Assembly (NCBI GenBank): GCA_016791205.1
Contig: JAEUNH010000128.1
Span: 4,594 to 68,593 of the forward strand
Origin: Rhodocyclaceae bacterium
GTDB taxonomy: Bacteria; Pseudomonadota; Gammaproteobacteria; Burkholderiales; Rhodocyclaceae
DNA: 64,000 nucleotides
Reading direction: 5' to 3'
In this document: positions 41,775 through 51,209 of the stretch, piece after piece
How the letters are laid out: each line of letters begins with the position of its first letter
Numbering within the stretch: position 1 is the first letter of the stretch
The notes under the pieces: generated by a model
The model's input: only the letters and a program-made list of their open reading frames with translations
What the model was told of the DNA's origin: nothing
The model's database searches: none
Made by a program: the position numbers and the translations under genes

Positions 41775-42214
41775 TCGCTGGCCGGCAGGGGAGGCAGGCG
41801 GCCGGGCGCGACGTCGGCCAGCGCCCAGAACGGCACCCGCTGCGCACGCCAGGCATCCGCGGCATCGCCCAGCAGCTGCAGCGCGGTGGCGCATTCCGGC
41901 TCGTGGCGGCTGCAGAAATCCGCGGCATCCTCTAGTATCAGCAGATACCCCTTAGCCGGCAGCCAGGACAGGTCGCCGAGGCAGTCCGCCAGGGCATCCC
42001 AGTTGTGGCCGAACCACTGCGGAAAATCCAGGGCTGCCGCCAGGCTCCGCATCAGGCCTTCCTTGCCACTGGCGCCGAGGAGCTTCGTTCGGCGCACGAC
42101 GAATCCGCAGGCCGCCGCTGCGGCGAGCAGGTCGCCAAGGCTTTTTTCGGGAGTTCGATAGGCTCCCGCCAGGGAAGCGTTCTGCAGCAGTCTGCCAAGC
42201 CGTTTGGCCTTCAT
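41771..42214 (-). CDS. Barstar-family RNase inhibitor
   Basis: LDFPQWFGHNWDALADCLGDL. Confidence 0.92.
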   Translation of the reverse strand: MKAKRLGRLLQNASLAGAYRTPEKSLGDLLAAAAACGFVVRRTKLLGASGKEGLMRSLAAALDFPQWFGHNWDALADCLGDLSWLPAKGYLLILEDAADFCSRHEPECATALQLLGDAADAWRAQRVPFWALADVAPGRLPPLPASE

Positions 42215-42597
42215 TCGACGATCCTGCGGAAACTGCGGTAATGGTTGTCGGTGTAATAGTACTCGCCGGAATTGCGCACGTCCGCCCGGGGGCCTGCTCC
42301 GGCGACGATGCGCCGCGCGCCACGGTCGCGCGCGCCGGGGGTGGCAACGGTGTATTCGCGGTAGTAGCCGCGCGGCCGCGACGGCAGACGCCGCTCGTAG
42401 TTGCCGAACATGCTGCCGTCCTTGCGATAGGGGAAGGGGCCGCCGCGCTTGATCAGGAGCAGGGTCTCGCGCGCCTCGCCCGGCAGATCCGCCAGGAGGA
42501 CAGAGTTTGCGCCGGCAGCGGCGCGGGGGGCGTCCGCCACCGCCTGCCCGGCCAGCAGGAAGATCAGGAACAGCGATGACAGGCGCAACAAGAACAC
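42211..42597 (-). CDS. Secreted guanyl-specific ribonuclease (barnase/Sa family)
   Basis: Signal peptide, GGPFPY.KDG, YREYTV, RGARRIV, YYTDNHY. Confidence 0.93.
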   Translation of the reverse strand: MFLLRLSSLFLIFLLAGQAVADAPRAAAGANSVLLADLPGEARETLLLIKRGGPFPYRKDGSMFGNYERRLPSRPRGYYREYTVATPGARDRGARRIVAGAGPRADVRNSGEYYYTDNHYRSFRRIVE

Positions 42598-42642
42598 GGC
42601 GAACCTCCGGATGGCGGCCGATTATGCCCCATCCGGAAGAGC

Positions 42643-44268
42643 TCAGGACCTCGCCGGCTGGATGCCGTACTTGGAAAGCATGTTCTGGAAATAGGTCGAC
42701 AGGGCGCCGATGCGCGGGTTGGCGGGATCGCTGCTGCGCGCCCGGTCGATCAGGCCGCGCGCCTGGGCGGCGAACTGTTCCTGCCAGCCGCGATGCTCGA
42801 TGAGCTTCAGCAGAGCCAGCGCCGCATTGAGGCCGACCTGCGTATTGCCGGGCATCTTGCGCACGGCCTGCAGCATGAAGTCCACCGCGCCCTCGTAGTT
42901 GCCGCTCTCGGCATGCCGGGCCCCCGTCGAGACGAGATCGACCACGTCCTGCCGGGTCTTCAGCGCCAGTTCGTCGGCCATCGATTTCAGGCCGGCCTGC
43001 TCCAGCACGCCCTTGGCCTTTTCCAGTGCCCGGTCGTCAGAGGTGTTGCGCATGACATCGCAGATCACTTCGGCGGCGGCTTCCTGCTGTTCGTTGTCGA
43101 GGCAGGTCCTGACCAGCTCGATCTTCAGGTCGTTGGAAAGCGCGGCATTGCTGCGGCTGGCCTCCAGGGCCCGGTTGAGAGCTTCCAGGGCCTTGGCCTT
43201 GTCGCCGGCTTGGACGAGCAGCATGGCCGACGACAGGGCGCTGCAGGCCTGGGTCTGCGGCAGTCCCTGCATGCTGCGATCGAGATCGCGGATGGTTTTT
43301 TCGGCCTGTTCGCGGTCGCCCTTGGCGACCAGCACCTTGACCAGCTTGACGTGGTGCTCGGGGTCGCGGAAATCCGAGTACTTTCCCTTGCGGACCACTT
43401 CTGAGAGGGCTCGTTCCGCCACCGCCATGTCGCCGGTGTCGAGGGCGATGTCGCCCAGTTTCTTCAGCCGCCTCAGGGTGTGGGGCGAGACGGAAACCGC
43501 CTCCTGCAGCGCCTGCTGCGCCTCCTTCAGCCGGCCGGTGGCCTCGCGGGTGCGCGCCAGCCAGTCGTAGGCGTCCAGATATTGGCTGTGTTCATTGACC
43601 AGCTTCTGCAGGTCGTCCTCGGCCTCCCGGTAGCGTTTCTGCATGAACAGCGTTCTGGCCAGGCCGAGCTTGGCCCAGGGAACGGCCTTTTTTTCGATCA
43701 CGCGGCGGTAGGTCTCCTGCGCCTGGTCGGCCTGGCCGAGGGCCACTTGCAGCTCGGCCCGCATGCGCAGGAAATCGATGGCGTACTGCGGCGCTTTTTC
43801 TTCGCCGAGGCGGCATTGTTCCGCGGCTTCCTGCAGGTTGCCGATTTCGATCAGGCCGTAGGCGGGCAGGAACGCGTCGCGTTTCTCCAGGGCCCGCGCC
43901 AGCCGCTGATAGAGGAGATCGGCGGTGAACGGCTTGAGCAGGTAGTCGTTGGGGGCCAGCTCGACGGTGCTGACCACCCGCTCGTAGCTGCTTTCCCCCG
44001 TCACCATGATGAAGACGGTCGACAGCGGGATGATGTGGTGGGTGCGCAGGTCTTCGAGCAGATGCTGGCCGTCCTGTCCTTCCCCCAGGGCATATTCGCA
44101 GAGGATCAGGTCGTAGGCCCGTTCTTCCAGCTTGCGGATGGCGGCGGCGGCGCTGGCGGCGGGCTGGACATCCTCGATGCCGCACTGGCCGAGCATGGCG
44201 CGCAGGTTTCCCCGCATGTCCGGGCTGCGGTCGATGACCAGCGCGCTGATGGGGTCGGCTGTCGGCAT
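42643..44268 (-). CDS. Receiver-domain + TPR protein
   Basis: N-terminal REC fold (ILCEY, VTGE, DYLLKPF) followed by TPR-like helices. Confidence 0.88.
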   Translation of the reverse strand: MPTADPISALVIDRSPDMRGNLRAMLGQCGIEDVQPAASAAAAIRKLEERAYDLILCEYALGEGQDGQHLLEDLRTHHIIPLSTVFIMVTGESSYERVVSTVELAPNDYLLKPFTADLLYQRLARALEKRDAFLPAYGLIEIGNLQEAAEQCRLGEEKAPQYAIDFLRMRAELQVALGQADQAQETYRRVIEKKAVPWAKLGLARTLFMQKRYREAEDDLQKLVNEHSQYLDAYDWLARTREATGRLKEAQQALQEAVSVSPHTLRRLKKLGDIALDTGDMAVAERALSEVVRKGKYSDFRDPEHHVKLVKVLVAKGDREQAEKTIRDLDRSMQGLPQTQACSALSSAMLLVQAGDKAKALEALNRALEASRSNAALSNDLKIELVRTCLDNEQQEAAAEVICDVMRNTSDDRALEKAKGVLEQAGLKSMADELALKTRQDVVDLVSTGARHAESGNYEGAVDFMLQAVRKMPGNTQVGLNAALALLKLIEHRGWQEQFAAQARGLIDRARSSDPANPRIGALSTYFQNMLSKYGIQPARS

Positions 44269-44284
44269 GATTGCGGCACCAATG

Positions 44285-44312
44285 AAAAAACCGTCCGCCG
44301 TCCTGGGCGGAA
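44285..44312 (-). terminator. Probable intrinsic terminator after aspS
   Basis: TCCGCC-CAGGAC-GGCGGA then CGG and T6 on minus. Confidence 0.5.
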
Positions 44313-44383
44313 CGAGTGATCTACGGCACGACCGGGCAATCCTTGAGGCCGTCGCCCGCTGAATGGCGGGCGGCGGAAAGAGG

Positions 44384-46177
44384 TCAGGGGCGGGGGGGCT
44401 CGGACTGGCGCAGGCGGATGTGGAGTTCGCGCAGCTGTTTTTCGTCGACCGGGCCCGGCGCATCGGTGAGCAGGCACTGGGCGCGCTGGGTCTTCGGGAA
44501 GGCGATGACGTCGCGAATCGATTCGGCGCCGGTCATCATGGTGACGATGCGGTCGAGGCCGAAGGCCAGGCCGCCGTGCGGCGGGGCGCCGTACTTGAGG
44601 GCGTCGAGCAGGAAGCCGAACTTCTGCTCCGCCTCCTCGGCGCCGATGGCGAGCGCGCGGAACACCTTCGACTGAACTTCCTCGCGATGGATACGCACCG
44701 AGCCGCCGCCGATCTCCCAGCCGTTGAGGGCCAGGTCGTAGGCCTTGGCCAGGCACTTGCCGGGGTCGCTGTCGATGAACGCCTCGTGGCCGTCCTTGGG
44801 CGAGGTGAAGGGATGGTGCAGGGCCACCCAGCGCTTGGCTTCCTCGTCGTATTCGAACATCGGGAAGTCGACCACCCACAACGGTCGCCAGCCGGTTTCC
44901 AGGTAGCCGCCCGCCGCGCCCTTCTCGTGGCCGATCTTGACGCGCAGCGCCCCGAGGGCGTCGTTCACGACCTTGGCGCGGTCGGCGCCGAAGAACACCA
45001 GGTCGCCGTCGGCGGCGCCGGTGCGGACGAGGATCTGCGCGACGATGTCGGCCGGCAGGAACTTGAGGATCGGCGACTGCAGGCCTTCGACGCCCTTGGC
45101 CTTCTCGTTGACCTTGATGTAGGCAAGACCCTTGGCGCCGTAGATGCCGACGAAGGCGGTGTAGTCGTCGATCTCCTTGCGCGTGAAGCTGCCGCCGCCC
45201 GGGATGCGCAGCGCTGCCACGCGTCCGTCGGCCAGTTCGGCCGCCGCGCGGAAGACCTTGAAGTCCACCGACTTCATGAGGTCGGTGAGTTCCGTAAACT
45301 CCAGTTTGACGCGCAGGTCCGGCTTGTCCGAGCCGTAGCGCGCCATCGCCTCGGCATGGCTGAGGCGCGGGAAGGGATTGGGCAGGTCGACGTTCAGCGC
45401 CTCCTTGAAGACGAAGCGGATCAGCTCCTCCATGATGGCGGTGATCTCGGCCTCGCCGAGGAACGATGTCTCGATATCGACCTGGGTGAATTCGGGCTGG
45501 CGGTCGGCGCGCAGGTCCTCGTCGCGGAAGCACTTGGGGATCTGGTAGTAGCGGTCGAAGCCGGCCACCATCAGCAGCTGCTTGAACAGCTGCGGCGACT
45601 GCGGCAGGGCGAAGAACTGGCCGGCATGCACGCGGGAGGGCACCAGGTAGTCGCGCGCGCCTTCCGGCGTCGACTTCGTCAGCATCGGCGTTTCGATGTC
45701 GATGAAACCCTGTGCATCGAGAAAGCGGCGGAAGGCCATCGCCACCTTGTAGCGCAGCATCATGTTCTTCTGCATCTGCGGGCGGCGCAGGTCGATCACG
45801 CGGTGCGTAAGACGCACATTCTCTGACAGGTTGTCCTCGTCGAGCTGGAAGGGCGGCGTTACGGCGTGGTTGAGGATCTCGATGTCCTGGGCCAGCACCT
45901 CGATCTCGCCGCTGGTGAGGTTGGGGTTGACGGTGCCTTCGGGACGCCGCCGCACCAGGCCGGTGATCTTCAGAACGAACTCGTTGCGGATGCGCTCGGC
46001 GGTGGCGAAGGTGTCCTTGCGGTCGGGGTCGCACACCACCTGGATCAGGCCTTCGCGGTCGCGCAGGTCGATGAAGATGACGCCACCGTGGTCGCGGCGA
46101 CGGTGCGCCCAACCGCACAGGGTGACGGTCCGGTCGAGGTGGGCGGCATTGACGAGGCCGCAGTAGTGAGTACGCAT
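44384..46177 (-). CDS. aspS: Aspartate-tRNA ligase (probably non-discriminating)
   Basis: [49 protein letters not shown]. Confidence 0.98.
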   Translation of the reverse strand: MRTHYCGLVNAAHLDRTVTLCGWAHRRRDHGGVIFIDLRDREGLIQVVCDPDRKDTFATAERIRNEFVLKITGLVRRRPEGTVNPNLTSGEIEVLAQDIEILNHAVTPPFQLDEDNLSENVRLTHRVIDLRRPQMQKNMMLRYKVAMAFRRFLDAQGFIDIETPMLTKSTPEGARDYLVPSRVHAGQFFALPQSPQLFKQLLMVAGFDRYYQIPKCFRDEDLRADRQPEFTQVDIETSFLGEAEITAIMEELIRFVFKEALNVDLPNPFPRLSHAEAMARYGSDKPDLRVKLEFTELTDLMKSVDFKVFRAAAELADGRVAALRIPGGGSFTRKEIDDYTAFVGIYGAKGLAYIKVNEKAKGVEGLQSPILKFLPADIVAQILVRTGAADGDLVFFGADRAKVVNDALGALRVKIGHEKGAAGGYLETGWRPLWVVDFPMFEYDEEAKRWVALHHPFTSPKDGHEAFIDSDPGKCLAKAYDLALNGWEIGGGSVRIHREEVQSKVFRALAIGAEEAEQKFGFLLDALKYGAPPHGGLAFGLDRIVTMMTGAESIRDVIAFPKTQRAQCLLTDAPGPVDEKQLRELHIRLRQSEPPRP

Positions 46178-46212
46178 TTCAGGTTGCCTTGGAAAGCCGC
46201 GATTGCGGCGGT

Positions 46213-46833
46213 TTATTGATTCTGGGCCCGGCCGGCGGGGTTGCGCAGGGGCGGCGCCACGACGCCCATCGAAATGATGTATTTGAGAGCCTCATCGACG
46301 CTCATGTCGAGTTCGATGACCTCCTTGCGCGGCAGCATGAGAAAGAAGCCGGAAGTCGGATTGGGGGTGGTCGGCACATAGACGCTGACATAGTCGCCGC
46401 CGAGGTGGTTGACCACGTCGCCGCCGGGTTGGCCGGTGAGAAAGGCGATGATCCATACGCCTTCGCGGGGATATTGCACCAGCAGCGCCTTGCGAAAGGC
46501 CTCGCCGCTCGAGGAAAACAGGGTGTCGGAGACCTGCTTGACGCTGTAGTACACCGATTTCACCACCGGAATGCGCGACAGGACGCCTTCCCAGAAGCGC
46601 AGCAGGCGCTGGCCGATGATGTTGGCGGTCACCAGGCCGGTGAGGAAGACGATGAACAGCGTGGCGATGACGCCGATGCCGGGGATATAGAGGCCGAGCA
46701 GGTTTTCCGGACGAATCGAGGCGGGCAGCAGCAGCAGCGTCTGATCCATGGTGCGGACGATCAGGGTCAGCACCCAGGCGGTGATCGCCAGCGGCACCCA
46801 GATCAGCAGGCCGGTGATGAAATATTTTTTCAT
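46213..46833 (-). CDS. DUF502 membrane protein
   Basis: [30 protein letters not shown]. Confidence 0.92.
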   Translation of the reverse strand: MKKYFITGLLIWVPLAITAWVLTLIVRTMDQTLLLLPASIRPENLLGLYIPGIGVIATLFIVFLTGLVTANIIGQRLLRFWEGVLSRIPVVKSVYYSVKQVSDTLFSSSGEAFRKALLVQYPREGVWIIAFLTGQPGGDVVNHLGGDYVSVYVPTTPNPTSGFFLMLPRKEVIELDMSVDEALKYIISMGVVAPPLRNPAGRAQNQ

Positions 46834-46877
46834 CGGGCGACCAGGCCACGAGGCCGCAATTCCAGCGTCGAAACCAT

Positions 46878-47144
46878 TTATCCGTTGCCGGCGCAGGCGC
46901 AGCCGTTGCAGGCGGGCGCGGGGGCGCTGGCGCTCTCCGGTTTGGCTTCTGTTTTCGCCGGACAGCCCTTGAAATCGGTCGCATACCAGCCGCTGCCCTT
47001 GAGCTGGAAGCCGGCGGCGGTCAGCATCTTGTTGAACGACTCCTGGCCGCATTCCGGGCAGGTCGAAAGGGGCGCGTCGCTGAGTTTTTGCAGGAATTCC
47101 TTCTGGAACCCGCAGGAGCCGCAGCGGTATTCATAGATCGGCAT
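46878..47144 (-). CDS. FmdB-family zinc-ribbon protein
   Basis: MPIYEYRCGSCG, CPECG, FQLKGSGWYATD. Confidence 0.92.
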   Translation of the reverse strand: MPIYEYRCGSCGFQKEFLQKLSDAPLSTCPECGQESFNKMLTAAGFQLKGSGWYATDFKGCPAKTEAKPESASAPAPACNGCACAGNG

Positions 47145-47259
47145 GGCAGTCTCCAAAAACGTGAAATTATAGCTTAAGCCCTTGGGCAATCAGCGCCAAT
47201 AGGCCCGGATGGCCGAATATAGGTGCTGTCCCCCCGTCCGATTTCAAGCGGCACGGAAG

Positions 47260-48105
47260 TCAGTAAAGGCCCAGGTAATGCTCGGTCAATGGCTTGCCCC
47301 AGAACAGGGCGATGACGCCTGCGGCGGCCAAGTAGGGGCCGAAGGGGATGGGGATGTTGCGCCCGTGCCGGGCAAAGGCGATGAGGGCGATGCCGACCGC
47401 AGCCCCCACGATGGAGGAGGCCAGGATGGTCAGGGGCAGCATTTGCCAGCCTAGCCAGGCGCCAATGGCCGCCAGAAGTTTGAAGTCGCCGTACCCCATG
47501 CCTTCCTTGCCGGTGGCAAGCTTGAAGCCCCAGTAAACGGACCAGAGCGAGAGGTAGCCGGCGGCGGCGCCGATGACCGCGCTCCGGATATCGGTAAAGC
47601 CCCCGCCAAGATTAAGCAGCAGGCCGGCCCATAGGAGCGGGAGCGTGATGCTGTCGGGCAGAAGCTGGGTGTCGAAATCGATGAACGTCAGGGCAACCAT
47701 GCACCAGAGAAAGACCATGGCGCCGAGGCCGGCCCAGGTGGCCCCGAAGCGCCAGGCGGCGTAGCCCGACAGCACGCCGACAAGGGCCTCCACCATCGGA
47801 TAACGCAGGCCGATCGGCGCTCGGCAAGCGCTGCAGCGCCCCCTCAGGAACAGGTAGCTGAGGAGGGGGACGTTTTCCATTGCAGTGATGCCGTGGCCGC
47901 AGTGGGGGCAGCGCGAGCGCGGCGTGGCCAGGGAAAGCTTGTCGTGCTGGGGTGGGGCCTCTTCGCCGCGCAACTCGGCGCATTCGGCCATCCAGCCCCG
48001 CTCCATCATCTTGGGAAGGCGATGGATGACGACATTGAGGAAGCTGCCCACCGCCAGTCCCAGGACAGAGGCCACGGCAACGAGCCAGGCCGGGTCAGTC
48101 AGCAT
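47260..48105 (-). CDS. pilD: Prepilin peptidase/N-methyltransferase
   Basis: GSFLNVVIHRLP, two CxxC, IDFDTQLLPD, GMGYGDFKL, PFGPYL. Confidence 0.96.
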   Translation of the reverse strand: MLTDPAWLVAVASVLGLAVGSFLNVVIHRLPKMMERGWMAECAELRGEEAPPQHDKLSLATPRSRCPHCGHGITAMENVPLLSYLFLRGRCSACRAPIGLRYPMVEALVGVLSGYAAWRFGATWAGLGAMVFLWCMVALTFIDFDTQLLPDSITLPLLWAGLLLNLGGGFTDIRSAVIGAAAGYLSLWSVYWGFKLATGKEGMGYGDFKLLAAIGAWLGWQMLPLTILASSIVGAAVGIALIAFARHGRNIPIPFGPYLAAAGVIALFWGKPLTEHYLGLY

Positions 48106-48110
48106 TTCTC

Positions 48111-48135
48111 CGCCGTGCCACGGAGACCGACTTTT
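48111..48135 (+). repeat. Dispersed 25-bp motif, copy 8 (CGCCGTGCCACGGAGACCGACTTTT), intergenic
   Basis: Between pilC and pilD; differs from copy 1 at one base. Confidence 0.92.
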
Positions 48136-48150
48136 CCCGCGGGGCGGGCA

Positions 48151-49383
48151 TCAGACCACGGCACCCAGCTTGAAGATCGGCAGGTACATGGCGACCACCA
48201 TGCCGCCAATGAGCGTCCCCAGGACCACCATGATCAAGGGTTCCATCAGGCTGGACATGGCTTCGACGGCGTCGTCGACCTCCGCCTCGAAGAAGTCGGC
48301 CACCTTGCTCAGCATGGCATCGAGCTGGCCCGACTCCTCGCCGATGGAGACCATCTGGATGACCATGTTGGGGAAAACGTTGGCGTTTTGCATGGCCACG
48401 GTCAGGTTAGTGCCGGTGCTGACTTCCGACTGTATCTGCTTCGTTGCCATCTTATAGACATAGTTGCCTGAAGCGCCACCGACGGAATCGAGTGCCTCGA
48501 CCAAGGGAACACCTGCAGCAAACATGGTTGACAGGGTGCGCGCCCAGCGGGCCATGGTGGCCTTGCGGATGATGTCCCCGAAGATCGGCAGACGAAGCAA
48601 CAGTCTATCCATGACGATCTGCATTTTCTCCGAGCGCCGCCACAGATAGAAAAAGCCGTAAAGGCCGCCGCCAAGTATTCCGAAGATGATGTACCAGTGC
48701 GCAACCATGAAGTCGGACATCGCGATGACTATCAGGGTCGGCGCGGGCAGGTCGGCGCCGAAGCTCTTGAAGACGTTCTTGAATGACGGAATGACGAAAA
48801 TCATGATGACTGCCGTGATGACGATAGCCACGACGATCACGGCGACGGGGTAAAAGAGGGCGGACTTGATTTTGCTCTTGATGGCCAGTATTTTTTCCTT
48901 ATAGGTGGCCAGTCGGTCCAGCAGCGAGTCGAGAATGCCGGCGGCTTCTCCGGCGGAAACCAGGTTGCAGAACAGCGCATCGAAATACAGAGGGAATTTC
49001 CGGAATGCCTGATTCAGGGAGGATCCCGTCTCAACGTCGGCCTTGATATCGAAAAGCAGTTTTGCGACCGCCTGGTTTGCCGCGCCCTTGCCGACGATGT
49101 CGAAAGCCTGGAGAAGGGGGACTCCGGCTTTCATCATCGTGGCCAGCTGCCTGGTAAACAGGGTAATGTCTTTCTCGGTGATTTTGCCGCCGCGCTTGAA
49201 CGACTGCTTCTTGACCTTGGTGACAAGGACGCCCTGTCGGCGCAACGTGGCCTGCACGAGCGCTTCTCCGCCGGCGCGCATTTCTCCACGCAGAAGCTTG
49301 CCAGTCTTGTCCTTGCCTTCCCAGGCGAAGGTGAATTCTTTGATTCCGCTATCTCTCTTGACCGACTTGGTCGCGGTTGCCAT
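48151..49383 (-). CDS. pilC: Type IV pilus platform protein
   Basis: FTRQLATMMKAGVP, ALFYP, IGEESG, MYLPIFKLG. Confidence 0.96.
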   Translation of the reverse strand: MATATKSVKRDSGIKEFTFAWEGKDKTGKLLRGEMRAGGEALVQATLRRQGVLVTKVKKQSFKRGGKITEKDITLFTRQLATMMKAGVPLLQAFDIVGKGAANQAVAKLLFDIKADVETGSSLNQAFRKFPLYFDALFCNLVSAGEAAGILDSLLDRLATYKEKILAIKSKIKSALFYPVAVIVVAIVITAVIMIFVIPSFKNVFKSFGADLPAPTLIVIAMSDFMVAHWYIIFGILGGGLYGFFYLWRRSEKMQIVMDRLLLRLPIFGDIIRKATMARWARTLSTMFAAGVPLVEALDSVGGASGNYVYKMATKQIQSEVSTGTNLTVAMQNANVFPNMVIQMVSIGEESGQLDAMLSKVADFFEAEVDDAVEAMSSLMEPLIMVVLGTLIGGMVVAMYLPIFKLGAVV

Positions 49384-49394
49384 GTTGGGTTCCC

Positions 49395-51107
49395 CTATTC
49401 GTTTGTAGTGGCCAGAACTTCCTCGAGAGAGGTCATGCCTTGCTTGACTTTAAGCAATCCCGATTGACGCAGGTCCCGGATGCCTTCCCTTTGCGCCTGC
49501 TCGGAAATGTCAATCGAATTGCCGTTGGTCATGATGATGCGCTGGATTTCCTCGGAGATCGGCATTACCTGATAAATGCCGACCCGCCCCTTGTAGCCGC
49601 TGCCCTTGCACTTGTCGCATCCGTTGGGGCCGTACAACTGCCAGCTGCCATCGATCTCATGCTCCTGGAACCCTGCCTGGATCAGGGCTTCCATCGGTAT
49701 GGTCATGGGCTTCTTGCAGGCGCAAAGCCGGCGCGCCAGTCTTTGGGCGGTGATCAGGATGACGCTGGAAGCGATGTTGAACGAGGCGATTCCCATGTTC
49801 TTCATGCGCTCCAGGGTGGTCGGGGCATCGTTGGTATGCAGCGTGGAAAGTACCAAATGCCCGGTTTGGGCCGCCTTGATGGCGATTTCGGCGGTTTCCA
49901 GGTCGCGGATTTCCCCGACCATGATGATGTCCGGATCCTGGCGCAGGAAGGCCTTGAGGGCGACTGAGAAATTGAGCCCCGCCTTGTCGTTGACGTTGAC
50001 CTGGTTGATGCCGGGAAGGTTGATTTCGCAGGGATCCTCGGCGGTCGAGATGTTGATGCCCGGCTTGTTGAGCAGGTTCAGGCAGGTATAGAGGGATACC
50101 GTCTTGCCGCTGCCGGTCGGTCCGGTCACCAGGATCATGCCGTAGGGACGCTCGATGGCATTCATGAGCGCTTCGCGCTGGTCCGGTTCATAGCCCAGGG
50201 CATCGATGCCGAGCATGGCGCTGGAGGGATCCAGAATCCGCATGACGATCTTTTCGCCGTGCAGCGTCGGCAGGGTGCTGACGCGGAAATCGATGGCGCG
50301 GGTCTTCGACAGCACCAGTTTCATGCGGCCGTCCTGGGGCACCCGTTTCTCGGATATGTCCAGCCTGGAAATCACCTTGATGCGGGAGGCGATTTTTTCC
50401 TTGATGACGAGCGGCGGCTGGGCGACCTCGCGCAGTACGCCGTCGGTCCGGAAGCGGATCCGGTAGTATTTCTCGTAGGGCTCGAAATGAATGTCGGAAG
50501 CGCCCTCGTTGATGGCATCGAGCAGGATTTTCTGGATGAAACGGACGACGGGGGCGTCATCGACTTCGACCGCGCCGGTGTCTGCCGCCGCGGCATCCTC
50601 CGTGTCTTCGGCCAGTTCCAGATCGAGATCGTCGCCTGCCAACTCGTTGAGCTTGGTTTCCGCGGTCTCAGAGAGCTTTTGGACGATCGGAGCCAGTTTG
50701 TTGACTTCGACGACGACCGGATCGACAGCCAACCCCGTCTGAAAGCGGATTTCGTCCAGTGCTCGCAGGTTGGTCGGGTCGGCGAGCGCGACCGCGATGC
50801 GGTTGCCGCGCTTGGTCAGGGGGACGACCTGGTGATTCTGGATCAGCTTGCGATCGATGGTCTCCTTCTGGAAGTGCGACTCATCGAAGGCGTTCAGGTC
50901 GAGCAAAGGATAGCCGAAGGTTTCGGCTGCAAAGGTGGCGATGTCTTTGGCGCTGAGCCGCCCGCCGGCCATGACCTGATTGACGAAGCCCCCCCCCGAA
51001 CCGGCCCCTTGGGCGGCAAAGGTCTCGGCCTCGGCTTCCTTGAGGCGACCCTGCTGGACCAGCGCTCGGGCTAATCCACTGAGCGAAGTTTGAAGAGAAG
51101 CTGCCAT
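49395..51107 (-). CDS. pilB: Type IV-A pilus extension ATPase
   Basis: ASDIHFEP, GPTGSGKTVSLY, FLRQDPDIIMVGEIRD; ATG at 51107. Confidence 0.95.
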   Translation of the reverse strand: MAASLQTSLSGLARALVQQGRLKEAEAETFAAQGAGSGGGFVNQVMAGGRLSAKDIATFAAETFGYPLLDLNAFDESHFQKETIDRKLIQNHQVVPLTKRGNRIAVALADPTNLRALDEIRFQTGLAVDPVVVEVNKLAPIVQKLSETAETKLNELAGDDLDLELAEDTEDAAAADTGAVEVDDAPVVRFIQKILLDAINEGASDIHFEPYEKYYRIRFRTDGVLREVAQPPLVIKEKIASRIKVISRLDISEKRVPQDGRMKLVLSKTRAIDFRVSTLPTLHGEKIVMRILDPSSAMLGIDALGYEPDQREALMNAIERPYGMILVTGPTGSGKTVSLYTCLNLLNKPGINISTAEDPCEINLPGINQVNVNDKAGLNFSVALKAFLRQDPDIIMVGEIRDLETAEIAIKAAQTGHLVLSTLHTNDAPTTLERMKNMGIASFNIASSVILITAQRLARRLCACKKPMTIPMEALIQAGFQEHEIDGSWQLYGPNGCDKCKGSGYKGRVGIYQVMPISEEIQRIIMTNGNSIDISEQAQREGIRDLRQSGLLKVKQGMTSLEEVLATTNE

Positions 51108-51209
51108 AAGCTGTCGGGGTGGGCGGCGATATGCATGCCGTATTCGGTTGATAATGCCCGTCCGCCCCGGATTTGTAAAGCTATCAGTTGCTTGGCGCAA
51201 CTTGTTGAA

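Noticed and set aside
47217-47248. Sigma32-like CTTGAAA...CCTATAT upstream of the fmdB-family gene
   Set aside because: Boxes resemble the hsp20 promoter but the spacer is 4 bp longer; not supported enough to call.
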